From Anaeramoeba ignava BMAN (lineage: Eukaryota > Protista > Anaeramoebae), in NCBI GenBank assembly GCA_028826165.1, contig JAPDFW010000079.1, forward strand, positions 248,001 through 312,000: 64,000 nucleotides of DNA. Reading direction: 5' to 3'. A model generated the notes under the pieces. The model was not told the DNA's origin, did no database searches, and worked only from the letters and a program-made list of their open reading frames with translations. The translations under genes were made by a program, and so were the position numbers. Positions 12,150-25,300 of the stretch are shown here, one piece after another. The first letter of the stretch is position 1, and the number at the start of each line of letters is the position of its first letter.

Positions 12150-13850
12150 TAATAAAATATTTAAATCTAAAACATTAAATTATTATTTTAAGCATGAAAT
12201 TAAATATTAAATTATATTTTAAATTAATTTATAAATTAAATATTAAATTAAGCCTATTCTTATTTTTTATATTTATATGTTAAATAATTAAATAATAAAA
12301 TATTTAAATCTAAAACATTAAATTAATATTTTAATAATAAAATTAAATATTAAATTATATTTTTAAATTAATTTATAAATCAAATATTAAATTAAATCTA
12401 TTCTTATTTTTATATTTTTATGTTAAATATTTAAATAATAAAATATTTAAATCTAAAACATTAAATTATTATTTTTAAACATAAAATTAAATATTAAATT
12501 ATATTTTTAAATTAATTTATAAATTAAATATTAAATCTATTCTTATTTTTATATTTATATGTTAAATATTTAAATAATAAAAATATTTAAATCTAAAACA
12601 ATAAATTATTATTTTAAACATAGAATTAAATAATAAATTATATTTTTAAATTAATTTATAAATTAAATATTAAATTAAATATATTCTTATTTTTTATATT
12701 TATATGTTAAATATTTTAATAAGAAAATATTTAAATATAAAACAATAAATTATTATTTTAATAATAAAAATTAAATATTAAATTATATTTTTAGATTAAT
12801 TTATAAATTAAATATTAAATTAAATCTATTCTCATTTTCTGTATTTATATGTTAAATATTTAAATAATAAAATATTTAAATCTAAAAACAATAAATTATT
12901 ATTTTAATAATAAAATTAAATATTAAATTATATTTTTAGATTAATTTATAAATTAAATATTAAATTAAATCTATTCTCATTTTCTATATTTTTTATGTTA
13001 AATATTTAAAATAATAAAATATTTAAATCTAAAACATTAAATTATTATTTTAAACATGAAATTAAATATTAAATTATATTTTTAAATTAATTTATAAATT
13101 GAATATTAAATTAAATCTATTTTCATTTTTATATTTATTTGTTAAATATTTAAATAATAAAATATTTAAATCTAAAACATTAAATTATTATTTTAAACAT
13201 AGAATTAAATATTAAATTATATTTTCAAATTAATTTATAAATTAAATATTAAATTAAATCTATTCTCATTTTCTGTATTTATATGTTAAATATTTAAATA
13301 ATAAAATATTTAAATCTAAAACAATAAATTATTATTTTAATAATAAAATTAAATATTAAATTATATTTTTAGATTAATTTATAAATTAAATATTAAATTA
13401 AATCTATTTTATTTTTTATATTTTTATGTTAAATATTTAAATAATAAAATATTTAAATCTAAAACATTAAATTATTATTTTAATAATAAAATTAAATACT
13501 AAATTATATTTTTAAATTAATTTATAAATTAAATATTAAATTAAATCTATTCTTATTTTTTATATTTATATGTTAAATATTTTAATAATAAAATATTTAA
13601 ATCTAAAACAATAAATTATTATTTTAAACATAAAATTAAATATTAAATTATATTTTTAAATTAATTTATAAATTAAATATTAAATTAAATTTATTCTTAT
13701 TTTTTATATTTATATGTTAAATATTTTAATAAGAAAATATTTAAATCTAAAACATTAAATTATTATTTTAATAATAGAATTAAATATTAAATTATATTTT
13801 TAAATAAATTTATTAATTAAATATTAAATTAAATTTATTCTTATTTTTTA
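12150..13850. repeat. ~143-bp AT-rich tandem satellite, ~12 copies
   Basis: The AAATCTAAAAC anchor recurs at ~12166, 12309, 12452, 12592 ... 13746. Confidence 0.9.
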
Positions 13851-15608
13851 TTAATTTTGATTATTAAATTTATTAATTAATAAATCAAATAAATTTGGAT
13901 TTGTTTGATTTAATTGAAAATAATCAATTCCAATTTGAATTTCATCAATAATTTCTTGTGTAATTTCAATTTCATCTTTAATTTGATTTGAATAAATCCA
14001 ATATTCTAACATTTGAAATGATTTATTACTTAATTCACTATAATCTTTAACTTTATTAGAAGTATCTTCAGTTACAGATAAAAACATTCCTCGATATAAT
14101 TCACTTCTCATTATTAATATTAATTTAGGAAATTTATATTGTTTTTCTTTTCTTTCAATAATAAAATCTTTTTCATTTTCATTTAAATAAATTCTTTTCA
14201 TTGTTTCTTCAATCATTTCATTGGAATTTATAATTTCTTTAATTTCAGAATATAATATTGGATTTATTTTGGAATTATTTGAATAAATCATTTCAAATAT
14301 TTGATTTGATTCTTTAATTGATTTATTTGAAATAATTTCTTGAAGTTTTTCAATTTGATTTTGATTTTGATTTAATCTATATTTCAATATTAATTTATGA
14401 GCTTCAATTATTGAACCATTTTCGGTTTTAAATGAAATATCACAAAATTCTTTTCTTCTAAATAATTTTATCAAATCTTCTTCAAGATTGGAAAAAGAAA
14501 AAGGAGAATAATAAAGAAATGATCTGTAATATCCACAAGAAACATGATAATTGGAAATATTTTCATTAAATCTTAATTTAGGAAGTTCAATTTGAATTGG
14601 AATTGATTGATTTTTTGTATCTCCAGTTCCTAATTTACCATATAAATTTTCACCAAATCCTATTAATTTTGAATTGGAAGTTAAAATTAAATTATGTTTG
14701 TATGTAACAGAAAAATCAATAATATTATCATCATTTTCAAATAAAGATGATTTGATTTCAGTAAATTCATAAGTATCTTCATCTTTTCCAAGTCCATTAT
14801 AACTATATCTTCCACATGAATAAAGTTTTCTTTTTGGATTTTGATTTTGATTTTCATTTTCAACCAACATTATTGAATGAAAATTCCCAGATTGAATATC
14901 AATTATTTTACCTTTTGGAATATTTTGGATTTTGGTTAATTTTTTGATATAATCTTCTTTTCTTCCTAATCCAAGTTCACCGAAATAATTAAAACCACAT
15001 CAAAATAATTCTTGATTTGAATTTAAAAGAAAAACAGAATATGAACAATTTCCTGAAAATATTTTAGAAACATTTTTCATCATTAAAATTGGTTTTTCTG
15101 TTTTTGTAAGTGTTTCATAATCAAAACCAAGTTGACCTTCTTCATTTGAACCAATTCCATAAACATTTTGATTTGAAGTTAATAAGTAAATTGAACTGTA
15201 TCCAGAAACAATATCTTGAATTATTCTATCATTTGTATCTTCGATTAATGATGAAATATTGATAAATTCTTTTGGATTTTTTGGATTGATATTATTTCCT
15301 TTGGCAAATACATTTCCTTCTATTGTTAAAATAGCTTCATTTTCACCACCAGCAGTCACTTTTTGAATATTTTCAATTTGGATTTTTTCAGGATTTTGAT
15401 CTGAATCTCTTAAATATTCTATTGCTTTTCCATTTTCAAAAAGGAAAATTGTTGAAATATGACTTGATGAAATTTGTTTAATTTGTTTTTCATTTTCATT
15501 TTCATTTTCATTTTCAAATTTAAATTGAATTGGTTTAAATATTTTATTTGGTTCATTTTTTAAAAGTTTTGGTTGTAAATTCCAACCAAAAAATATAATT
15601 TCATTCAT
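13851..15608 (-). pseudogene. RCC1-repeat + BTB protein, copy 1, with in-frame TGA at 15000-15002
   Basis: The two ORFs are in the same frame (QELF*CGFNYFGELG), and the intact paralog 18312-20066 reads QELFVCG here. Confidence 0.75.
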
Positions 15609-15703
15609 TTTTGAAAAGAAAAAAATGAAAAATGAAAAAAATATTTTTTATTGTTTTATGATGAAAAAGAAAGAAAGAAAGAAAGAAAGAAAAAGGAATT
15701 TTA

Positions 15704-18072
15704 TTAATCGAAATAATCACCATCAATTTCATCAAAATATGGAGGTATTTTCTTTTTTCTTTTACGAACTAAAATGATGATTAAAATGATAGCAGTAATC
15801 ACCACAACTGGAACAACAACACCAACAACAATTTTAGTAGTTTTTGAATTGGATGATATTTTTTTTTGTGTTTCAAGTTGAATTGAAGAAATAGTTCCAC
15901 AATTATCATTTTCATCACAAGCGGAAACAGTGATTCGATATTCTTGATCAGGATATTGTGCTCTAAAATTGAACGAAGTGTAATTAATTGAAAATGTTGC
16001 GGAATCATTTTTGGAAATTGCTTTATAAGTGAAATTATAATAAGATGAATTGGTTGAATCACTTGGTTTTTTCCAATTACAAAAAATATCTTGAAGATCT
16101 GAAACTGAACAAGAAAAATTGATAACGGATGAAAAAAATGTTTCGATAGAAGATGAAATTGTTTGTCCTTCATCTTCCCCAAAGCATTCATCTTTTCGAC
16201 ATGCGTAAATGGATACCGAATAATTTGTAAGTGATTGTAAATTGTGGATTCGACATGATGTTGATGAATTTACGACCCAAATATTTGTTTTGATTGAATC
16301 ATTTGAGTTTTCCTTTTGATAAGAAAGAACATAGTGATCTAATTTTGGAGTTGAATTGATGATTGGAACATCTGGGAAAGTCCATGAGGTTTGAATTACT
16401 TCTCCCGAAATGGCTTGCAAATGGAAATTTTTGACAGAATCAATTCGTGTTGTTAAATTAACTTCTTTTGAAGCAAATCCACAAATTTGAGTTGTTTTAT
16501 TGCAAGCCCGAATTTGGATTGAATATTCAACATTTCCTGTTATATTTTCATAATTTGAAGAATTGAACATTTGGAATAATACATTTTCATCAAGAATCGG
16601 TGACTCAATTAATTGCCAATTTGGCGAAAGTGTGTAATTGATTTGGTATTCAATTTCATCCGAGCTTGGATTGACTTGATTCCAATAGCATTCAAATGAA
16701 CAAAATAATGAAGAGCAATTTAAAATATCAACTTGTGGAGGTTTAGGAACATATGAGAAAAAAAAAGCTTCTCCTTGGAAGCAATTCTCCCCAATTGTTG
16801 CAAAAGGAGCGCCAATAACAACATCATTTCCATCTGAAGAAATGGAAAGAGTTTGGCCAAAATGACCCCATCCAAGATCATTTCCAATTAAAATTTGTGA
16901 CTCAAGCCATTTCGTCGCATTGTTTTCAAATCCATACACTTTTCCCTGAAACCAATCATCCCCAACATTCGCAGTGGGAGAACCAATTAAAAGATATCCT
17001 GTGTTTTGTGAAATGGAAACATCGTATCCAAAATACCCGTTTGTTGTTCCATCACTTGCAAATAAAATTTGTGATTCAATCCAATTTGTTCCGTTGTTTT
17101 CAAAAATATACGCTTTTCCTTGGTAAGGATTTTCTCCAACGGAAGCATAAGGTGCTCCAATTACAACATATCCTTGATTTTCTGATGTGGATAAACTTAT
17201 TCCAAATTGATCATTATCTTTACCATCACTTCCATTTATCATTTGAAACACATCCCAATTTTTTCCGTTGAATTCATAAACATAAACTTTTCCTTGATTC
17301 GCGTTCTCTCCAATTTTTGCATAAGGAGAACCAATAAAAATATAAGTTCCATTTTGTGTAATTGAAATACTTGATCCAAAATTATCATTTTGATTTCCAT
17401 CATTTGCAATTAAAATTTGAAATAGATTCCAATTTGTTCCGTTGTTTTCAAAAATATAAACTTTTCCTTGAGCAGAATTATTTACAACGGTTGCGCTATA
17501 AGATGCAATCACAATATAAGTTCCATTTTGTGTAATTGAAATACTTGATCCAAAATTATCATTTTGATTTCCATCATTTGCAATTAAAATTTGAAACAGA
17601 TTCCAATTTTTCCGTTGAATTCATAAACATAAACTTTTCCTTGATTCGCGTTCTCTCCAATTTTTGCATAAGGAGAACCGATAAAAATATAAGTTCCATT
17701 TTGTGTAATTGAAATACTTGATCCAAAATTATCATTTTGATTTCCATCATTTGCAATTAAAATTTGAAATAGATTCCAATTTGTTCCGTTGAATTTGTAA
17801 ATATAAACTTTTCCTTGAAAAGAATTATTTCCAATTTTTGCAAAAGGAGAACCAATTACGAGATATTCTTTGTTTTCTGAAACACTTAATCCCCAACTAA
17901 ATTGATCAGTTGTATTTGTTTCATTTTCTTTTAATGTCTGTTTTATTACCCATCCTATTTCTTTTCCTTCTGTTTTTTTTTCATTTATTTTTGCTTCTTT
18001 TAAACTAAGAACCTCAAATATAAAAAACACAAGAAAAATATTTGAAAAGAACAAAACTTTTTTTGAGTTCAT
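15704..18072 (-). CDS. Type I membrane protein: signal peptide, FG-GAP beta-propeller, ~3 FN3 domains, TM helix, short tail (frameshift ~17606)
   Basis: Repeats of ANDG.ND.FG.S.SI....IG.P.A.....QGKVY; FN3-like W/Y patterns; TM IVVGVVVPVVVITAIILIIILV followed by RKRKKK. Confidence 0.85.
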
Positions 18073-18107
18073 TTTTAAAATGAAAAAAATGAAAAAATAA
18101 TTTTGGA

Positions 18108-18312
18108 ATTTTAATTTTAATTTTAATTTTAATTTTAATTTTAATTTTTAATTTTAATTTTAATTTTAATTTTAATTTTAATTTTAATTTTAATTTTAAT
18201 TTTAATTTTAATTTTAATTATAATTTTGGAATTTTAATTTTAATTTTAATTTTAATTTTAATTTTGATTTTAATTTTAATTTTAATTTTAATTTTAAATT
18301 TAATTTTAATTT
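18108..18312. repeat. (TTTTAA)n microsatellite
   Basis: Intergenic hexamer array seen directly. Confidence 0.95.
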
Positions 18313-20066
18313 TAATTTTTAAATTTTTTAATTAATAAATCAAATAAATTTGGATTTGTTTGATTTAATTGAAAATAATCAATTCCAATTTCAATTTCAT
18401 TAATTATTTCTTGTGTAATTTGAATTCCTTCTTTGATTTGATTTGAATAAATCCAATATTCAAATATTTGAAATGATTTATTACTTAATTCACTATAATC
18501 TCTAACTTTATTTGATTTATCTTCTGTTACAGATAAAAACATTCCTCGATATAATTCACTTCTCATTATTAATATTAATTTGGGAAATTTATATTTCTTT
18601 TCTTTTCTTTCAATTATAAAATCTTTTTCATTTTCATTTAAATAAATTCTTTTCATTGTTTCTTCAATTTTTTCATTTGAATTTATAATTTCTTTAATTT
18701 CGGAATATAATATTGGATTTATTATTCTGTTTGAATAAATCATTTCAAATATTTGATTTGATTCTTTAATTGATTTTTTTGAAATAATTTCTTGAAGTTT
18801 TTCAATTTGATTTTGATTTTGATTTAATCTATATTTCAATATTAATTTATGAGCTTCAATTATTGAACCATTTTCTGTTTTAAATGAAATATCACAAAAT
18901 TCTTTTCTTCTAAATAGTTTTATCAAATCTTCTTCAAGATTGGAAAAAGAAGGAGGAGAATAATAAAGGAATGAATTGTGGAATCCACAAGAAATATGAT
19001 AATTGAAAATATCTTCATTAAATCTTAATTTAGGAAGTTCAATTTGAATTGAAATTGAATGATCATTTGTATCTCCAGTTCCTAATTGACCATAATCATT
19101 ATTTCCAAATACTATTAATTTTGAATTGGATGTTAAAATCAAAGTATGATAACCTCCAACAGAAAAATCAAGAATATTATCATCATTTTCAAATAAAGAT
19201 AATTTGATTTCAGTAAATTCATAAGTATTTTCATATTCTTTGCCAAGTCCATTTAGTTCATAATATCCACATGAATAAAGTTTTCTTTTTGGATTTTGAT
19301 TTTCATTTTCAATCAACATTATTGAATGAAAATATCCACATTGAATATCAATTATTTTACCTTTTGGAATATTTTGTATTTTGGTTAATTTTTGGATTTT
19401 TAATTCTTTTCTTGATTCTTCTAATCCAAGTTGACCATATATATTATTTCCACATACAAATAATTCTTGATTTGAATTTAAAAGAAAAATATGATTTGAA
19501 GAATTTCCTGAAAATATTTTAGAAACATTTTTCATCATTAAAATTGGTTTTTCTGTTTCATCAAGTGTTTTAGAATCAAAACCAAGTTGGCCATATTCAT
19601 TTGAACCAATTCCATAAACATTTTGATTTGAAGTTAATAAGTAAATTGAATTGTAACCAGAAACAGTATCTTGAATTATTCTATCATTTGTATCTTCAAT
19701 TAATGATGAAATATTGATAAATTCTTTTCGGTTTTTTCTAATGATATCATTTCCTTTGGCAAATACATTTCCTTCTATTGTTAAAATAGCTTCATTTTCA
19801 CCACCAGTTACTTTTTGAATATTTTCAATTTGGATTTTTTCAGGATTTTGATTTGAATCTCTTAAATATTCTATTGCTTTTCCATTTTCAAAAAGGAAAA
19901 TTATTGCAAAAATATGTGATGAAATTTGTTTAATTTGTTTTTCATTTTCATTTTCATTTTCATTTTCATTTTCAAATTTAAATTGAATTGGTTTTTTTAT
20001 TGAATCTGGTTCATTTTTGAAAAGTTTTGGATTTTCATTTGAACCAAAAAATATAATTTCATTCAT
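18312..20066 (-). CDS. RCC1-repeat + BTB domain protein, copy 2 (intact, 584 aa)
   Basis: RCC1 repeats (GSNEYGQLG, CGNNIYGQLG, GGYHTLIL, GNNDYGQLG) followed by two BTB-like segments (FCDISF..EAHKLIL; LILIMRSELYRGMF..YWIYS). Confidence 0.9.
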   Translation of the reverse strand: MNEIIFFGSNENPKLFKNEPDSIKKPIQFKFENENENENENEKQIKQISSHIFAIIFLFENGKAIEYLRDSNQNPEKIQIENIQKVTGGENEAILTIEGNVFAKGNDIIRKNRKEFINISSLIEDTNDRIIQDTVSGYNSIYLLTSNQNVYGIGSNEYGQLGFDSKTLDETEKPILMMKNVSKIFSGNSSNHIFLLNSNQELFVCGNNIYGQLGLEESRKELKIQKLTKIQNIPKGKIIDIQCGYFHSIMLIENENQNPKRKLYSCGYYELNGLGKEYENTYEFTEIKLSLFENDDNILDFSVGGYHTLILTSNSKLIVFGNNDYGQLGTGDTNDHSISIQIELPKLRFNEDIFNYHISCGFHNSFLYYSPPSFSNLEEDLIKLFRRKEFCDISFKTENGSIIEAHKLILKYRLNQNQNQIEKLQEIISKKSIKESNQIFEMIYSNRIINPILYSEIKEIINSNEKIEETMKRIYLNENEKDFIIERKEKKYKFPKLILIMRSELYRGMFLSVTEDKSNKVRDYSELSNKSFQIFEYWIYSNQIKEGIQITQEIINEIEIGIDYFQLNQTNPNLFDLLIKKFKN

Positions 20067-20094
20067 TTTCTGAAAAGAAAAAAATGAAAAAATG

Positions 20095-20500
20095 ATTTTA
20101 ATTTTAATTCTAATTTTGAATTTAATTTTAATTTTAATTTTAATTTTAATTTTAATTTTAATTTTAATTTTAATTTTAATTTTGATTTTAAATTTAATTT
20201 TGATTTTAATTTTAATTTTAATTTTAATTTTAATTTTAATTTTAATTTTAATTTTGATTTTAATTTTAATTTTAATTTTAATTTTGATTTTAATTTTAAT
20301 TTTAATTTTAATTTTAATTTTAATTTTAATTTTTAATTTTAATTTTAATTTTAATTTTAATTTTAATTTTTAATTTTAATTTTAATTTTAATTTTAATTT
20401 TAATTTTGATTTTAATTTTAATTTTAATTTTAATTTTAATTTTAATTTTAATTTTAATTTTAATTTTAATTTTAATTTTAATTTTAATTTTAATTTTAGT
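20095..20500. repeat. (TTTTAA)n microsatellite
   Basis: Intergenic hexamer array seen directly. Confidence 0.95.
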
Positions 20501-20501
20501 T

Positions 20502-22279
20502 TTAATTTTGATTATTAAATTTATTAATTAATAAATCAAATAAATTTGGATTTGTTTGATTTAATTGAAAATAATCAATTCCTGTTTCTAATTCATCAAT
20601 TATTTCTTGTGTAATTTGAATTCCTTCTTTAATTTGATTTGAATAAATCCAATATTCAAATATTTGAAATGATTTATTACTTAATTCACTATAATCTGTA
20701 ACTTTATTTGATTTATCTTCAGTTACAGATAAAAACATTCCTCGATATAATTCACTTCTCATTATTAATATTAATTTTGGAAATTTATATTGTTTTTCTT
20801 TTCTTTCAATTATAAAATCTTTTTCATTTTCATTTTCATTTTCATTTAAATAAATTCTTTTCATTGTTTCTTCTATTTTTTCATTTGAATTTATAATTTC
20901 TTTAATTTCAGAATATAATTTTGGATTTATTATTCTGTTTGAATAAATCATTTCAAATATTTGATTTGATTCTTTAATTGATTTTTTGAAATAATTTCTT
21001 TAAGTTTTTCAATTTGATTTTCATTTTGATTTAATCTATATTTCAATATTAATTTATGAGCTTCAATTATTGAACCATTTTCTGTTTTAAATGAAATATT
21101 GCAAAATTCTTTTCTTTTAAATAATTTTATCAAATCTTCTTCAAGATTGGAAAAAGAAGGAGGAGAATAATAAAGGAATGAATTGTGGAATCCACAAGAA
21201 ATATGATAATTGGAAATATTTTCATTAAATCTTAATTCAGGAAGTTCAATTTGAATTGGAATTGATTGAAAAAATGTATCTCCAGTTCCTAATTGACCAT
21301 AATCATTATTTCCAAATACTAATCAATTTTGGATTGGAAGTTAAAATCAAAGTATGATAACCTCCAACAGAAAAATCAAGAATATTATCATCATTTTCAA
21401 ATAAAGATGATTTGATTTCAGTAAATTCATAAGTATCTTCAATATACTTGCCAAGTCCATTTAGTTCATAATATCCACATGAATAAAGTTTTCTTTTTGG
21501 ATTTTGATTTTCATTTTCAATCAACATTATTGAATGAAAATATCCACATTGAATATCAATTATTTTACCTTTTTGAATATTTTGGATTTTGGTTAATTTT
21601 TGGATATTTATTTGTTTTCTTGATTCTGCTAATCCAAGTTGACCATGATTATTATATCCACATACAAATAATTCTTGATTTGAATTTAAAAGGAAAATAT
21701 GATTTGAAGAATTTCCTGAAAATATTTTAGAAACATTTTTCATCATTAAAATTGGTTTTTTTGTTTCATCAAGTGTTTTAGAATCAAAACCAAATTGGCC
21801 ATATTCATTTGAACCAATTCCATAAACATTTTGATTTGAAGTTAATAAGTAAATTGAACTAAATCCAGAAACAATATCTTGAATTATTCTATCATTTGTA
21901 TCTTTAATTAATGATGAAATATTGATAAATTCTTTGGATTTTTTGGATTAATATATTTTCCTTTTGCAAATACATTTCCTTCTATTGTTAAAATAGCTTC
22001 ATTTTGATAGCCAACAGTTACTTTTTGAATATTTTCTTCAATTTGGATTTTTTCAGGATTTTGATTTGAATCATTTCTATTTAAATATTCTATTGCTTTT
22101 CCATTTTCAAAAAGGAAAATTATTGCAAAAATATGTGATGAAATTTGTTTAATTTGTTTTTCATTTTCATTTTCATTTTCATTTTCAAATTTAAATTGAA
22201 TTGGTTTTGTTATTGAATCTGGTTTATTTTTGAAAAGTTTTGGATTTTCATTTGAACCAAAAAATAAACAATCATTCAT
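20502..22279 (-). pseudogene. RCC1-repeat + BTB protein, copy 3, with three frameshifts (~21935, ~21320, ~20985); pseudogene or assembly errors
   Basis: Four ORF fragments collinear with and highly similar to copy 2. Confidence 0.7.
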
Positions 22280-22393
22280 TTTTGAAATGAAAAAAATGAA
22301 TTTTCATTTTTTTCATTTTTTTCATTTTTTCATTTTTTTTAATTCCATTTCTATTCCCCATTCATTTTCCTTTTTTCAAAATTTTAATTTTCA

Positions 22394-25300
22394 ATGCAAA
22401 AAAATACACAAATTAACAAAAAAGAAAAACTTGAAACATACTTTCTTGAAAGAAATTTAGATCATTCAAAAGGAATTTTGCCTTTTAAAACAATTCCACG
22501 AGATCAATCCGAGTTTTTTGCAACAACATTTACAACAACAATAAAAGAACCAACAGAAGAATTAAGATTAAATGACAAGCAAAGATATCAGTTATTTTTT
22601 CAGAAAAAATACATTAAAGATGGAGAAAAAGAAGAAGAAAATTATCAAAAAGTATTAAACTCTGCTTTTGGAACCGATGTTCCAAAAATTATCAAACCAA
22701 TCAAAAAAAGAGAGAAATTCTCACGTTTTTTAGTTTCAAGTGGATTTGGTATTTTTATTGATTTGCTCCAAATTTTACTGAGTTTGGCTGACTGCGTTAT
22801 TTACACTTATCAAACTTATTTAGACTCCGAAAAGCCTTCTCATATTATCATTGTGATTGAGGTTGTTTTTGCCTCTTTTTACCTCTTTGATTGGCTGCTT
22901 CATCTTTTTGTTGCTCCTTCTCGTTTAAAATGGATATTGAGTTGGCAATCACTTATTGATGTTGTCACAATAACTCCCGTTTTTGCCTATTTATTTGATC
23001 CCTCAACAAACTCCATTTTGACTGTGAATTTCTTGAGAATTTTGAGAGTATTTCGAATTCTCCGTGTTTTCCGCATTTACAGAGTATTCTCCGTGATGAG
23101 AAAACCCTTATCTCGAGAAATTGTCAAGACCATCTTTATGATTCTTTCTTTTCTTTTTCTTTCCACTGGCATCATCCAATTTTTTGAGAAAATTCAAGGC
23201 GATAATATTGCTTTCCATGAGGCTTTCTTTATCATGTTTCTTCTCTTCACCACAATCGGATTTTTCGAAATGCAAAGTCTTTCTGTTCTCTCCATTTTTG
23301 CGTGTATTATCATCTTCATCTTATTCGTTTCCCTCATGACTTTCCAGATCCGCAAAATGATCCATATCCGCAAATACTACCACAAAGTCTTCAAAACTTT
23401 CCACAAATCCAAATACAACCCCAAATTCATTGTCCTGATTTACGAGTGCGACCACACAACATTATGCAATTTTGTTTCACAGTTTTTTTCAGATATTCGA
23501 AACCAGGATTTCACAATCGTTCTCCTTATGGAAAACCCACCAACAAAAGAATTCGTTTATCATCTTCGAGAATACTTCCTCGTCAACTCAGAAAAAGAAC
23601 GTAAATTAAAATGGATTGTTGGCTCTGCTCTTAAGGAATCAGATCTCCAGAGATGCAAATTAGAATCTTGCGAGGCATGCTTCATTTTGAGCTATCCTTT
23701 TGTGGGAAATCCTGAACAAGAAGATACGAAAACTGTTATGAAGGCTATTTCTGTGAAGAGATTTTCCCCAAATACTCCTCTTTTCGTTAAGCTTATTCTT
23801 GAGTCTTCAAAAGCTCATTTGCAAGATTCAGGTGTTAATGTTCTTATTTCCATTAATGATTTGCAATCATCAATGCTTTCTCAAAATTGTATTTTTCCAG
23901 GACTACTCACCCTTATTTATTGCTTATGGTTTTCTCCCTTTTCTGTTTACGAACAAATCATTCAATTAGAAAATTCTCTTGAATCTTCCCAAAAATCAAA
24001 AACTTCCAAAACCTCAAAAACTCTCAAAATGCTTAAATCTCAACACCAACAACCACAGTCTCCTTTGTTTAACGAACCTTGGCTCCATGAATTCATTACT
24101 GGTTTGGAACAGGAATTATTTTGCGTTTTTACTCCTCAAAACTTCAAAAACCTTTCTTTTGCAAAAGCTGTTTCTTTTGCTTTCCAAAAATATGGAGTAA
24201 CAATTCTTGCTGTTGAGGTTCAATTCCAAAATTCCTCTAAAATTGTTTTGAATCCTGGATCAAGTTATTTCCTCAAAGGAAACGAGGTTCTTTTTCTCAT
24301 TTCTCCTGATCGAGAAACATCTCTTCGTGTTTCTAAACAGCATTTAGGACTTGGTTACGATATACGCAAAAAACCATCAACAAAATTATCTAAAAACCAC
24401 AAAAATCAACAAAAATTAAGCAAGAAACAAAACTTGAGATTCAAAAGGAATTACCCAGAAAAAATCTGATAGATGATGATTCTTTTGAGTTAGTAACTGA
24501 TACAGATCAAGAAAAGATACCAGAAATCAAAGAAAAAAACAATAACAACAACAATAACAATAACAACAACAATAACAAGAAGAAGCAAAGTATGTATTCT
24601 AATCAACTTACAAGAATTCTTTCTGATAAACCCAAAAAATCCACAACTCTTACTCTTTCTTCTGAGTTTGATTCTGATTCTCACAAAGTTGATATTTCCA
24701 CTCTTCAAATTGATGGAAAACAAATTAATTCAGATTCGGATACTCTTTCTCTTTCAGATAATCAATATTCTGAAATATCTCAAATCGAGAATGCAGAGTT
24801 GTTTTACTTAACAGAAAAAACTACTCTTCAAAATGCCACTTTACAAAAATTTTCTTCTGATCTCAGATCCCCAAATCATATTATTGTTTGTCCTAATGAC
24901 TCATCCACTTTTTCTTTTTTCCATTTTGTTTCTCATTTGAGAACAAAATCACTAAACTCAATCATTCCTATTGTTTTTCTTGATACTCATCCTCCTTCTC
25001 AAGAAATTTGGGATAGTATTTGCTTTTTTCCACAAATTTTTTATGTTCAGGGTGATTTCCATAAATTTAAACATCTTCAAAGAGTAGAAATACAATCAGC
25101 AAGCAATATTATTATTTGCACCAATCCAAAACAATCAACTCAATTTATGAATGATAATTTGCTTGTGAATTTACTTTTGAAAAATCAACCAGATATCAAT
25201 GTAAATATTTTTTTCAATTTCAATTTCAATTTCATTTTCAATTTCATTTTCATTTTCATTTTTAATTTCATTTTTAGGTTAAACCAATCTCTGAATTAAT

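Noticed and set aside
7655-13850. CRISPR-like array
   Set aside because: Units are repeated in full with no unique spacers, there are no cas genes, and the context is eukaryotic.
15000-15002. TGA recoding (selenocysteine or alternative genetic code)
   Set aside because: The paralogs have Val here, and TGA serves as a normal stop elsewhere (26178-26180, 27718-27720); a nonsense mutation is simpler.
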